64,000 nt of DNA from Firmicutes bacterium ADurb.Bin080 (GTDB lineage: Bacteria; Bacillota; Clostridia; Christensenellales; DTU072). The stretch's first letter is position 1, and each line of letters opens with the position of its first letter. Positions 25,201 to 33,515 of this stretch are shown piece after piece. The translations under genes were made by a program, and so were the position numbers. Below the pieces are notes generated by a model. That model was not told where the DNA came from. It did no database searches and saw nothing but the letters and a program-made list of their open reading frames with translations. The stretch lies in NCBI GenBank assembly GCA_002070965.1, contig MWEH01000092.1:19066-83065 (forward strand), written 5' to 3'.

Positions 25201-27601
25201 CGCTTAATAGCCATGCCATTTGTACTATTCTTTTAGTAATAGAACATCCGGTTAATTCTAAATCATCAGTACCCGTCAAAGTATAGTTAGGATTCTCTAC
25301 TATACAGTCAACTAATATCACAATTTTATTCCCATTAGAAACAGTTGAACTAGGGGAATAACTCAAATCAGCGAAATAACTTAATTCTTCATCAAAAGAT
25401 AAAGTTGTACTAGCTTGATCTTCAGTAAGTAAACCATTAAGTACATAGTGTTGTCCCAACAATAAACCAGTTACATCTGGGGTTCCATCATATTGTTTTG
25501 AAAAATTAGTAAAACCTGCTGAAATGGTGACGGATTTAGCTTGGATCGTCCCTCTTGGCATAGGGTTAGGCTTAGTATAGAGATACACTGTATCAGGCGC
25601 ATTAGGCGTATTCCCTGCAATGGATTCTCCCTCTGTCAATTCTACATAAGTAGTTTGTCCGCCAATAATAACTATTCTATAAGGCGCGATAGAATAATAA
25701 CCTGCTTTAAAGCCTGTAAAAACTGTTTTTGACCCATTTTGGCCAATAGTATCACCTGAAGGGTCGGGTACATTATTCAAATCAAAATATTTAGAAATCC
25801 AAACTAACCCTGAGGCGAGTGAATCTGTCCCAGATGGACATCCGGAAAATTCATAAGCAACTCTATCATATGTCTTTGTGGGAGTCATCGAGCTGCCATA
25901 CCCCACAAATTGCATTGACATTGTACTTGAATTAGTCAAGAAATAATATATTCTTATCGACCCTCTATTCTTATCGTGATCAAAGGTATGATCTTTTAAA
26001 TCCGCTAAAGCTTCAGACCCGTAAACATTAAGAAAAATATTATTTCCTGAAAATGTACTCCTAAGAGCAGAAATATAATATGTTCCTGTTGCAGTTGCCC
26101 TTATTTGTACCGATCCGTCAGGGTTAAAAGCTAAAACATCAATATCGCCATAGCTCGATCCTTGAGTAACTCCATAGTACAAATTAATGTCTTTTGAAAG
26201 TTCATTATGAGAGTTGAAAAAAACATCTGGCGCGCTCCCCCCCCAAGCGGCGTAAAAAATCGAATTAGTGCCCGTAGTTCTTGAAGCAGTATAATTAGAA
26301 GAAATGTAAGCTTTTGTGGGAGCTGACCCAGATCCAACATAGGAATTCATAATAGTAGAATATCCTCTACTTGAAGCAACCGAAAAATCACCTGAATAAT
26401 TTTTTCGATAAACATTTTTTACTGTCAATGTCCCAGCATTTTTTTCCCCAACCCAAGTTCCGGCTTTATTTGAAGCAGAATAGGAAGTAGCAGACTTATT
26501 GCTTGCTTTATAAATAACGCCATCTAAGGTCACTTCGGGAGCAGGAGTTGAAGAATAAATCTGCCCGATTATATTACCTGAATACAAAACATTATAATTT
26601 GTAGAAGCGGTTAAAAGAGCAGCTAATACTACTCCATCACCTTTCATATGTAAGTTTTCTATCATTGTGGCAGATTTCGTTGAATTTGCCCAAATTTCTC
26701 CAGCGATACCTCCAGCTGCAGACCTGCAAGCATGTGTGGAGGAGGTAATAGAAAAAGTAGCTGCTGTTTGTTTATCTCCACCCCAATACACGTTTGTTCC
26801 AACATTCATATTGCTGCCTTTTGAAAATATCGAACCTTCGTTATTAAGTGTAGAATTTTTAATTGTCCCACTAGTAATCCTTCCAGCAAACCCTCCGGCG
26901 ACCCCACCAGCCCCAGGTAAATATTCATAATACTGATAATCGTATCGGTTAGGCCAACTACCACCAGTTTTTGTTATGGAAGAACCCATTGTGTCATTCC
27001 CAATTACTGCTAGATACCCAGAAGAAGAAATGTTCATTGTTACATTCTCGATAGTCCCTGTATGGCCCAAGTTTCCGCAGATAATACCAGCAGTTATAGT
27101 AAAAGAATAGTTGTTTGCTAAATCTAAATTATTACCTTGATTTTGGAGATAATAATTGTTAATGAGAATCAAGTTAACTAATGCAGAATAGTTTATAATT
27201 ACGTTTTTAAAAGTTCCGGTGAGATTTGCGGCAATTATGCCAGTGATAACATTTTGATTAGTATAAGTACTTGAACCAGAGCCATTTATGGTTATAGTGT
27301 AGCCAGCCCCATCAATTGTTCCAGAAAAGGTAGAGTTATTGGTCGCAAAAGTAGGATTATTAATTGTTATGTTATTTGTCAAAACTATGCTAGCTGTAGG
27401 ATTGCTTCTTACAGTATTAATAAAAGTTGCTCCGTCAGAAATATCTATGGCTTCAGCACTTTTAGGATTAGAAAATTGGAAATTATTATCAGACAGAGAA
27501 AAACAAGTTAATAAAAAAATAAAAAAAATAGTAAGAAAGAGAGTGAGAAATATCTTTCCCATTATTTGCTTACTATTCAAAGAATTGCTTAGCTTAATCA
27601 A
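19295..27601 (-). CDS. Giant (2768 aa) surface protein: signal peptide, GLUG-like beta-helix region, long array of MBG-type repeats, C-terminal TM anchor
   Basis: TTG start 7 nt after GGAGA. Hydrophobic N-terminal signal. Repeated G(G)xAG motifs (AGGVAGGFAGRI, AAGGIAGEI). At least 15 repeats with the (K)YDG...NAG(T/N/I/Q)Y...NY pattern. The last 40 aa are a TM helix plus a basic tail. No LPXTG. Confidence 0.9.
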   Translation of the reverse strand: MIKLSNSLNSKQIMGKIFLTLFLTIFFIFLLTCFSLSDNNFQFSNPKSAEAIDISDGATFINTVRSNPTASIVLTNNITINNPTFATNNSTFSGTIDGAGYTITINGSGSSTYTNQNVITGIIAANLTGTFKNVIINYSALVNLILINNYYLQNQGNNLDLANNYSFTITAGIICGNLGHTGTIENVTMNISSSGYLAVIGNDTMGSSITKTGGSWPNRYDYQYYEYLPGAGGVAGGFAGRITSGTIKNSTLNNEGSIFSKGSNMNVGTNVYWGGDKQTAATFSITSSTHACRSAAGGIAGEIWANSTKSATMIENLHMKGDGVVLAALLTASTNYNVLYSGNIIGQIYSSTPAPEVTLDGVIYKASNKSATSYSASNKAGTWVGEKNAGTLTVKNVYRKNYSGDFSVASSRGYSTIMNSYVGSGSAPTKAYISSNYTASRTTGTNSIFYAAWGGSAPDVFFNSHNELSKDINLYYGVTQGSSYGDIDVLAFNPDGSVQIRATATGTYYISALRSTFSGNNIFLNVYGSEALADLKDHTFDHDKNRGSIRIYYFLTNSSTMSMQFVGYGSSMTPTKTYDRVAYEFSGCPSGTDSLASGLVWISKYFDLNNVPDPSGDTIGQNGSKTVFTGFKAGYYSIAPYRIVIIGGQTTYVELTEGESIAGNTPNAPDTVYLYTKPNPMPRGTIQAKSVTISAGFTNFSKQYDGTPDVTGLLLGQHYVLNGLLTEDQASTTLSFDEELSYFADLSYSPSSTVSNGNKIVILVDCIVENPNYTLTGTDDLELTGCSITKRIVQMAWLLSDGLTDYVPGQPYLFDYTASTTLPQLRVTNPVGLDDVTVSTVTFANLGSTTPIEAKNAGNYVARPNVLGGTDSSNYSLPTPQLLDGYAVTFTINKKELYLNWSASKEFTYNANIRNLDYSCSIVNQGTEVLSGDTVTISISYKDVSNNIVDLRNAGTYSAVASKSEGNDEDNYFISPSDLVEEGIVISPWTIELYYWTGQSGTVQELLYNGTSYINSEDGLHVDVETLNTELSSVNFLLSYQRNGISVGEVRTVGTYIAYSSIVNGATGYSQYYSNNYSILAGSISQEIVIIPKEISIIYGTITFDYDATSKKDTVSVSVNPSDIVSGDSVNALKSWETGATVTNVGTYTLTVTVSNTSYSVKLADRQRTITINKCSILNNPNFVVSPITSVEYSFSEKTPNPEVKYKNVSLIKDVDYSLAFSNNIEAGTANVTITGLGNFSNSVQTNFSITKKQLQFSFSIPGTIIYNAKNRSSEIVATLSGVIPGDVSPELTYEYYDLSNTLTTPLKAGSYKVISRFSELNYRMPIESNRTRNFTILQKELGIVFSNYDNLFFTNANFVIGVDFQVDKSFCPEDVGNIGLQLSHMFGPIDRQQPVENVRNAGQYVSTASLNGSALSNYRITSSNVPGSDETNCTKLTFSIGQKDIRVEFSNNEVDFNNTYQKITYIATDGYAPLGGDSLASITTVYYAKDGRTDTNGAKNAGIYTVNITSHNTNYRISQTTPSNVTFKVNKKQLKLYLTINGQPLNENEEFIYGGPSQNIGNQISYAYRTGFAPITGDTVDVIINLFRGQTRIESAYNVSDLYRVSLELSSTAINYQLVTEIIDPLNDSVLERYFSIKPRPIKVIILESDVTYTGTTSVDLRAGLFNGDGFISELSIPSGIVGQETVNLSTYVYQYDSENYDGSVANSYFYDEGERVNYRDRGTYYVRCIISGESNYYIHLDENNSNEKSFKVWPEALVFSPRNISKTYGDNDPSDFSIYKEGVGEDEEISAILVRESGENVGTYDYIGIQYTGTSNYNVSLNTEERDGEGNTYSFKINIREYQVNPRYFTIEWNPTEPDIDLSETIEIITASVGTIYIDIEYNRTGGDIPDAGIYDLTQLTETPENGNVDVIFAGANGDSAIGKFIVLGRPVSIRVKDFEKIYDQPDPSFYDPAHFQVTVTDLPSSIQDEYNLNPSGYDWSQLIRVTRAPGEIYIPEGYSITYNFFGEEAKNYRPDIIDYDTGDPKLSTKLMINRYVVNIEDIALIINLEKDYDGNNRIDKNSISLTRESSDYLAALNPKLFQKGFKPSARFASSSLGEADSDAANNKDVYVSFSVFEEYSRNYILPAEYLYPEKGTIRKIVIPVTIEIENTTGYNYLTYGDSPTVLARYAGAEKVLQAGNPNYIAIIYYGKNKNSYVTFVGNDNPTSLGLNIRAVYSDDSEVKQSNIRDAGPHTIKLTSAVSDNYIIKTDYIPEEIGDLTSTVNISFITKELTVAPSSKIFKKPVDNTYEANIDQSHYILEGILTKDLGLVEIRYQASLASLFVGPTEVIMSQIELTGSNSANYSLTNLSLSIPANILSLASVSFTTSNERDFNNLQFSVTPTINSYLSGATLKINGQTIYEGTEGQGLDGEGTTINIEVYYTGLVGGYYPKTRVAPKDAGTYNVTCNITNEEGYIKNDAATTTLKINRVTPTISLSGRFRQEYGGFTPIVATVLAPGLSSQLDVEYSFQDPETLVIPRFPSAGTHSVVSKYTPPKTYPINYNPIEKSAELRIIPKQIQVNITGYEDGFTYNGSNRLSEISIDFAGVVSGDSCDPLISINGQSDDLNIINAGTYLIDVTPSNESYVIVGTSSIYLTVNKAKLRVQALVEDTYAGQFPDYSIEFEGFQGTDSPDTLQGLPGLNLSGNNVGTNTAIPKGGLDSNYEYEYIPSSYEVVYESPNSGKANLTMYYVLGGIFGGILVIIFGALFGKRMMLKNMYRAMKKKY
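19501..25531 (-). repeat. Divergent tandem array of roughly 80-100-aa MBG-like domain repeats inside the giant gene (boundaries approximate)
   Basis: Recurrent motifs include KNAGNYVARP, RNAGTYSAVAS, NVGTYTLTV, KAGSYKVIS, RNAGQYVST, KNAGIYTVNI, RGTYYVRC, NVGTYDYIG, DAGIYDL, KDAGTYNVTC and INAGTYLIDV. The repeats are diverged at DNA level. Confidence 0.6.
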
Positions 27602-27647
27602 TATCTAATCTCCATTAATTTTCGTGCGTACGCGTATTCTTATTTAT

Positions 27648-27676
27648 ATTATACATATGAGATTTAATATTGTCGA
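27648..27676 (-). promoter_or_regulatory. Promoter of the giant gene: TCGACA-N17-TATAAT
   Basis: On the minus strand: tcgaca, then atattaaatctcatatg, then tataat. The leader of about 40 nt contains GC-rich palindromes. Confidence 0.6.
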
Positions 27677-27725
27677 TAGGTATCACTTAAGATTTAATAA
27701 CTTCACGTTAAGTTCAAAAAAATTA

Positions 27726-28388
27726 TTATTCAATTTCGACAAAATCCTCCCCCTGCATAAAATCAGGGATTGCTTCTTGTGGTAAAACAAAGTTTTTATC
27801 CTCCAGTTTATTATCGATAGAATCCTCTCTGTAAAGATCTGAACTTTTCGCATAAAAACGTTCATAAGTGTTTTTAATTTTATACATCAAGTCATCATAA
27901 TCTGGTAGTTCTGACAAAGATTTAATACCAAATTTTTTTAGAAATTCATTTGTTGTCCCGTATATTATTGGCCGTCCAACGGTTTCCTTTCTTCCGATTG
28001 CATCTATTAACCCAAGTTTTTGCAGCATAGCAATGACGTAGTCAGAGTTTATGCCTCTTAAATCTTCAATCTCCCCTTTTGTTACTGGTTGCTTGTATGC
28101 AATTATTGCAAGAACTTGAAGTAAAGTTTTTGAGATTTCTCGTTCTCTAGTTTCCAATAATATGTCAGATAAAATTTGTCCGTAAACGGGGTTTGATTGA
28201 AATTGTAAAATACTATTTGCTTCGATTAATATGATTCCCCTATCTCTAGAAAATTCTATTCTTATTTGTTCCAAAGCCTCATTAATTTCTGAAGAATCAT
28301 AATCATTAGCTAAAGAATCAAAAAGCTTTTGTTTGGGAATCCCAGAACCGCTCGCAAAAATAATTGCTTCAACTATATACTTCAACAT
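27726..28388 (-). CDS. scpB: Segregation and condensation protein B
   Basis: ScpB motifs IEAIIFASG and PVTKGEIEDLRG. Confidence 0.9.
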   Translation of the reverse strand: MLKYIVEAIIFASGSGIPKQKLFDSLANDYDSSEINEALEQIRIEFSRDRGIILIEANSILQFQSNPVYGQILSDILLETREREISKTLLQVLAIIAYKQPVTKGEIEDLRGINSDYVIAMLQKLGLIDAIGRKETVGRPIIYGTTNEFLKKFGIKSLSELPDYDDLMYKIKNTYERFYAKSSDLYREDSIDNKLEDKNFVLPQEAIPDFMQGEDFVEIE

Positions 28389-29169
28389 CTTTAAACAACT
28401 CCTCCTCTTGAACTAGCATCTTTCCTTTATCCATCAGAGATAATCCAATAGAAGACAAATCATCTCCTGAAACAGATAGTTCTATGTAAGATTCTTTTAC
28501 TAATTCTAAAATAGCAAGGAAGGTGTTTATGATCTCGAGCTTGGAAAATCCTTTTTCAAAAAGAACCAAAATGTTGCTTTCTTTGTATATATTTAAATAT
28601 TCGATGATAAACCTCATCCTGTCGGCAACAGTAAATCTCTCCAAAGGAATTGTTTTTGGGATTTCCGAGTCCTCACTAAATTCAACATTCTCGAGCAAGT
28701 TTGTAAACGCTAGTATCATTTTATCAATATTAAAATTCTTGATAATGATTTTATAATCATTTTGATCATACTCTGGGGAACGATAAAATCTATGTAAAAT
28801 TTCCATTTCCTGGAGTTTGTTCGCAACATTTCGGTACAAAGAATATTCCTCAGTACGAAGTATAAATAAGTCAGCATCAGACAACTCGTCTGGATTAATA
28901 TCTTCAAAATCTATTTTGGGAAGTAATTCGCTTGATTTAATTTCTAACAAAGTTGCAGCTAAAATTAAAAAATTTGATATCTCCTCATAATCCCTATTAT
29001 CCAATGTTTCGATATAGCTTATGAATTGACTTGTGATGTCAGAAATAAATATGTCTTTAATCGCCACTTGTTTTTTGGAACAAAGATCAAGAAGTGTGTC
29101 CAAAGCTACATCCTCATTGTAAAGATGATAGGAAATTGGAGAGTTAAGTTTTTCAATAAGAACACTCAT
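28369..29169 (-). CDS. scpA: Segregation and condensation protein A (kleisin)
   Basis: Lies immediately upstream of and overlaps scpB. Length and the LLDL...I.DI...F pattern are typical of ScpA. Confidence 0.85.
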   Translation of the reverse strand: MSVLIEKLNSPISYHLYNEDVALDTLLDLCSKKQVAIKDIFISDITSQFISYIETLDNRDYEEISNFLILAATLLEIKSSELLPKIDFEDINPDELSDADLFILRTEEYSLYRNVANKLQEMEILHRFYRSPEYDQNDYKIIIKNFNIDKMILAFTNLLENVEFSEDSEIPKTIPLERFTVADRMRFIIEYLNIYKESNILVLFEKGFSKLEIINTFLAILELVKESYIELSVSGDDLSSIGLSLMDKGKMLVQEEELFKDVEVYS

Positions 29170-29175
29170 AACTTT

Positions 29176-29892
29176 CTAAATTTTTAGCCCCTCAGTAACT
29201 ATTTTTTCAATCATGTCTGTCAATAAATCACTAAAACTTCCAAATATATCCAGCCAAGGGACTCCAATAATACGTCCTAAAAAACCCAAGCCTATTATAA
29301 TCAAAAGAATTATCATTCCATATTTTATCATAAATTGCTGAAAAAGATTGTTTCTAGGAAACAAGGTATTAAGTACATTATAACCGTCAAGTGGATAAAC
29401 AGGCAATATATTAAATAATACCAACATTAAATTAATCTTTATACCAACCGTTAATAGAGTGTATAAAAAAACTAGGAAAAACTGTTGGAATACATTGTTT
29501 ATTGAAGTTAAATAAAAAATTTTTGCACTTAAAAATAAGACTAGTGCTAGAATTGTTGCTAAAAGAAAGTTCGCAGTTACTCCAGCTAAAGAAACTGTCA
29601 GCATGCCTTTTTTATAATTTTTAAAATTCATTGTATTTATTGGAACTGGTTTTGCCCACCCGAAACCAACCAAAAGTAATAATATTATTCCTTTAATTTC
29701 AAAATGAACTTTTGGATTCCAAGAAAATCTTCCAGCAATTTTTGCAGTCATGTCTCCATTCAAAAAAGCAACATATCCATGGCTTAATTCATGAATAATG
29801 ATTGAAAAAACACCAATTAATAAAAATCCTAATATAACAGCTAGTTTATCTATGAAGTTTCCAGGCCCGGATAAAAGTCTAATTATAAACAA
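29176..29892 (-). CDS. Site-2 protease family (peptidase M50) membrane protein
   Basis: HELSHG zinc motif within a polytopic membrane protein, plus a DG motif in LPVYPLDG. Confidence 0.85.
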   Translation of the reverse strand: MFIIRLLSGPGNFIDKLAVILGFLLIGVFSIIIHELSHGYVAFLNGDMTAKIAGRFSWNPKVHFEIKGIILLLLVGFGWAKPVPINTMNFKNYKKGMLTVSLAGVTANFLLATILALVLFLSAKIFYLTSINNVFQQFFLVFLYTLLTVGIKINLMLVLFNILPVYPLDGYNVLNTLFPRNNLFQQFMIKYGMIILLIIIGLGFLGRIIGVPWLDIFGSFSDLLTDMIEKIVTEGLKI

Positions 29893-30755
29893 TTAGAATC
29901 CTCCTTAAGTATGTTTTCAAAAATGTTTTTCATGATAATAGCATCTTCCGCTTGAGTTCCATCACTTTCACATACAATCCATGGTTGAATATTATATTTG
30001 GCAATCAAACCCGCTAAGGGTTCAAACTTTGGCCCATACAACTCATCTTGAAAGGTAAGATGTTTTACCTCTCCTTTATTTGAAAATTGAATTTTACTAA
30101 AATGTATATGCATATTTAAAAACTTGTCTTTTTTTAAGTTTTCTTGAAGTTTTTGAATTATAGTATTATACATTTGTGGGTTATTTAGAATTCCCTGTTC
30201 TCTTGCATTGATGTGGCCAAAATCGATGCATGGGTAAAAATTGTCCCTTATTTTGCATATCTCAATAATTTCTTCAACTGTTCCCATTTGGCCCACCTTT
30301 CCCATAGTCTCCCAACACAGTATCAGGTCATTCGAAAAATTTGATTCAGACAATACGTCAGATAAGCGATGAATATTATCTAACATTAATAATTCTGCCC
30401 TCTTTCTATCCATTTTGCCTTGGCTAGCGGGATGTATGATGACTCTCTTTGAACCCATTAATAAAGATTTTTCAATGGTTGATAATATTAATTTTATTGA
30501 CTTATCTATCATTAGAGGATCTTCATTTGCCATATTTATGTAATATGGTGCATGAGATGAAAGAGATATATTCGAATCTTGAAACGAATTTTTTATTAGG
30601 GTCGCTGTTTCAAGGGACATGTTCACACCGTGTCCAAACGAATATTCAAACAAATCGAGATTGCGTTTTTTACACCAATCCGCTGCTTGATAAGTGTGCT
30701 TATAGCCTTCATCATAAAAACTATTAGAGTTACCTGCTACGCCAAATTTAATCAT
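29883..30755 (-). CDS. Xylose-isomerase-like TIM-barrel protein (endonuclease IV-like family)
   Basis: About 290 aa with His/Asp/Glu metal-ligand pattern (SHAPYYIN, IHPAS, WETMG, IDFGH, HIHFS). The start is uncertain: ATG at 30755 or TTG at 30776. Confidence 0.7.
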   Translation of the reverse strand: MIKFGVAGNSNSFYDEGYKHTYQAADWCKKRNLDLFEYSFGHGVNMSLETATLIKNSFQDSNISLSSHAPYYINMANEDPLMIDKSIKLILSTIEKSLLMGSKRVIIHPASQGKMDRKRAELLMLDNIHRLSDVLSESNFSNDLILCWETMGKVGQMGTVEEIIEICKIRDNFYPCIDFGHINAREQGILNNPQMYNTIIQKLQENLKKDKFLNMHIHFSKIQFSNKGEVKHLTFQDELYGPKFEPLAGLIAKYNIQPWIVCESDGTQAEDAIIMKNIFENILKEDSNCL

Positions 30756-31620
30756 ACAATTCTTTAATTCCTTCAATATCTTTCTCTATTTGTATCCTTA
30801 ATTCATTCGGTGAAAAAAACCTTATATTGTCTCTAATTCTCTTCAAAAAAGTTATCGAGATTTCCCTTTCATAAATATTAGCAGAAAAATCCAACAACAT
30901 AGTTTCTAATGTTATTTCAGTTTTTCCAAATGTTGGGCATTCGCCTAAATGCGTCAAAGATTTATAAGTTTTATGATCGATCATTGTTTCTGTTAAATAG
31001 ACTCCACTTTTGGGAATGATTTTTATTGGGTTGCATTCTAAATTAGCTGTTTTAAATCCATATTTCCGCCCCTCACCTCTCCCGTGTATGACTTTCCCAG
31101 TTATTGAGTATTTAGATCCTGCATACGTTTCATATTTTCCAATATTCCCTTCTTTCAATAAATTTCTTAATACAGTTGATGATACTTTTTGATCATTTAT
31201 ACTTATCAATGGCTCAACATGTAAAAATAGGTTTCTCTTAATTGAAAAATTTTCTAGATCTTTGATACTAGAAGACGCAAAATGGCCATAGGTAAAATCC
31301 TCTCCTATGCATAAACCGCATATATTATATTTAGTCATTAAATAATCTTCAAATTCATTGCCACTCATTTGCAAAAAACTACTTGCAGGTTTGATTACAT
31401 CGATATTCTTAATCCCAAAATTTTTAATTTTATTAACTTTTTCTTTTTCTAGATCAATTATTTTAACATTACTTCCTAAAGACTGAAAAAAATCATCTCC
31501 AAAAGTTATAACTAGTGGTATCGCATTGTTTTTAACTGCTTGATATTTTAAAGAATTAAGCAATGCCTGGTGGCCTAAGTGCAATCCATCAAAATATCCT
31601 AATGATATTACATACTTCAA
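30748..31620 (-). CDS. ribF: Bifunctional riboflavin kinase / FMN adenylyltransferase
   Basis: GYFDGLHLGHQAL N-terminus and kinase-domain motif GRGEGRKYGFKTANL. Confidence 0.92.
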   Translation of the reverse strand: MKYVISLGYFDGLHLGHQALLNSLKYQAVKNNAIPLVITFGDDFFQSLGSNVKIIDLEKEKVNKIKNFGIKNIDVIKPASSFLQMSGNEFEDYLMTKYNICGLCIGEDFTYGHFASSSIKDLENFSIKRNLFLHVEPLISINDQKVSSTVLRNLLKEGNIGKYETYAGSKYSITGKVIHGRGEGRKYGFKTANLECNPIKIIPKSGVYLTETMIDHKTYKSLTHLGECPTFGKTEITLETMLLDFSANIYEREISITFLKRIRDNIRFFSPNELRIQIEKDIEGIKELYD

Positions 31621-31632
31621 TTCAATCTCCTA

Positions 31633-32514
31633 CTATATAAGCCAAGTATCTGGACTTAATATACCATTATCTAATGTACATATCGCAACAATTTTATTGT
31701 TATTTTTTACAATTTTTTTGGTGTTTAGTTGATTTTGTCCCATAAAAATGACTTTTTTCCCATCCATAAGATCTTTCAAAGATGCGGAATCAATATCTAT
31801 CGAGTCAAATTGAGGGACGCATAGTTCTAGAGGATTTAGATAAGATAGTATATTATTACTATTTAATTCTATGATTTTTATTGCATTTTCTAATTTAAAA
31901 ATCCCGCTACTTTCTCTTCTTAACATATTAATATGTCCCACAGACCCCAACATAGCCGCTAAATCTCTGCAAATGCTTCTTATATATGTACCAGAGCTAC
32001 AGACAATCCGAAAATCAAACTCATTATTAGATACCTGTTTAATCAAATCAAAAGATAAAATCTTTATCTCCTTCTCCCCCAAGTCAAAATCAATTCCAGC
32101 TCTAGCAAGCTTGTAAGCACGTACCCCATTAATTGAATTTGCAGAAAACAAAGGGGGTTTCTGGGAAGAATTCCCAATGAATGACTTAATTGCTTTTTGA
32201 ATTTCTGTAATATTTGGAATAATAGGACTCTCTTTTATAATTATCCCTTCAGTATCTAAAGTGTTTGTTTCCTTGCCAAAATAGAACCTTGCATAATATT
32301 GTTTTGTATTAGCCAAATGATATTTAAAGAGCCTTGTGGCTCTTCCTAGTGCTATAGGTAAAACTCCTGAGGCAAATGGATCCAAAGTTCCAAAATGTCC
32401 AACTTTAAAATTTTCAGTACTATTATATTCTTTCAGTATATGTTTGACTCTTCCGACTAAAAATGCAGAAGAAACACCTTCACTTTTATCTAATACAATA
32501 ATACCATTTAGCAT
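31633..32514 (-). CDS. truB: tRNA pseudouridine-55 synthase TruB
   Basis: NGIIVLDKSEGVSS and catalytic HFGTLDPFASGVL. Confidence 0.93.
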   Translation of the reverse strand: MLNGIIVLDKSEGVSSAFLVGRVKHILKEYNSTENFKVGHFGTLDPFASGVLPIALGRATRLFKYHLANTKQYYARFYFGKETNTLDTEGIIIKESPIIPNITEIQKAIKSFIGNSSQKPPLFSANSINGVRAYKLARAGIDFDLGEKEIKILSFDLIKQVSNNEFDFRIVCSSGTYIRSICRDLAAMLGSVGHINMLRRESSGIFKLENAIKIIELNSNNILSYLNPLELCVPQFDSIDIDSASLKDLMDGKKVIFMGQNQLNTKKIVKNNNKIVAICTLDNGILSPDTWLI

Positions 32515-33515
32515 TTAATGAAAGTGCATGCGGTTTTCACAAGAGTTTCAAGGGTTTTTTCGTAAGGTAGCTTAAACTTGCATCCACTCGCATTCTTATG
32601 CCCTCCTCCGCCAAAAATTCTTGCATAAGCAGAGCAATCCAAGGGGTCTTTAGATCTTATGCTAACTTTATAAACATTCTCTTTCTCTTCTGCAATTGCG
32701 ATAGCTAAAATTACTTCATCTATTTCGATTAAATTATTGATTATTCCTTCAGTGCTGTAAATATCACAACCAGTTTTCATAAAATCGCTTGAAAAGAAAG
32801 AAATGACGGCCATTTTATTATTATAAAAAAACTGGGTTTTGCCTAGCGCCTCCACCATTAAGTTAAACTCGCATATACTTTTTTCTCTATAAATTTTATC
32901 AACAATAAAATTATTATCTATTCCAAATGATATGAGTTCAGATGCAATTTTCATTGTTTCCGCTGTAGTCGATGAAAAGGAAAAAACACCCGTATCTGCA
33001 GCTAATGCTCCAAATAAGCAAAACGCTACCTCTTTGTCAATCAATGTTCCATCAATTTCCATAAATATTTTATACAAAATTTGGGATGTAGAAGCAGAAG
33101 TTGTCTCAATAATTGAATCATCAATAGGATAAGGATAAATATGATGATCAATCCAAATCCTTTCATCACATTTATTAAAAAATATCTTTGCGCTATTATT
33201 TCCCATTCTATCCACAGTAGCACAATCTAAGCATATCCCAAGGTCATATTTTGAGGGTCTTGACTGATTAATAATTGAGATATTTGGATATACGAAAAGA
33301 TTTTTCCTGATCATGTTTCCAGATTCTAAAAATACCTCAGCTTGTTTTCCAAAATTAATCAGAAATTTATACATTGCTAAACTGCTTCCGATACAATCTG
33401 CATCCGGATTAATGTGCATAAAAATCGCAATTTTTTGAGCTGCTAATAGTTTTTTTGTAAATATTTCGTACACTATTCCCTCAGATTTATTTCTTATTTT
33501 TATTTGTTTCGTCAA
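32508..33515 (-). CDS. nrnA: DHH-family phosphoesterase (NrnA-like oligoribonuclease/pAp phosphatase)
   Basis: DHH motifs HINPDADCIGS, DHH in WIDHH, and GGGHKNASG. Confidence 0.85.
   Translation of the reverse strand: MTKQIKIRNKSEGIVYEIFTKKLLAAQKIAIFMHINPDADCIGSSLAMYKFLINFGKQAEVFLESGNMIRKNLFVYPNISIINQSRPSKYDLGICLDCATVDRMGNNSAKIFFNKCDERIWIDHHIYPYPIDDSIIETTSASTSQILYKIFMEIDGTLIDKEVAFCLFGALAADTGVFSFSSTTAETMKIASELISFGIDNNFIVDKIYREKSICEFNLMVEALGKTQFFYNNKMAVISFFSSDFMKTGCDIYSTEGIINNLIEIDEVILAIAIAEEKENVYKVSIRSKDPLDCSAYARIFGGGGHKNASGCKFKLPYEKTLETLVKTACTFIKC

Noticed and set aside
19295-27601. Diversity-generating retroelement or cassette-switching mechanism acting on the giant gene
   Set aside because: There is no reverse transcriptase, no template-repeat-like duplicate of any segment, no silent cassettes and no invertase with flanking inverted repeats anywhere in the window.
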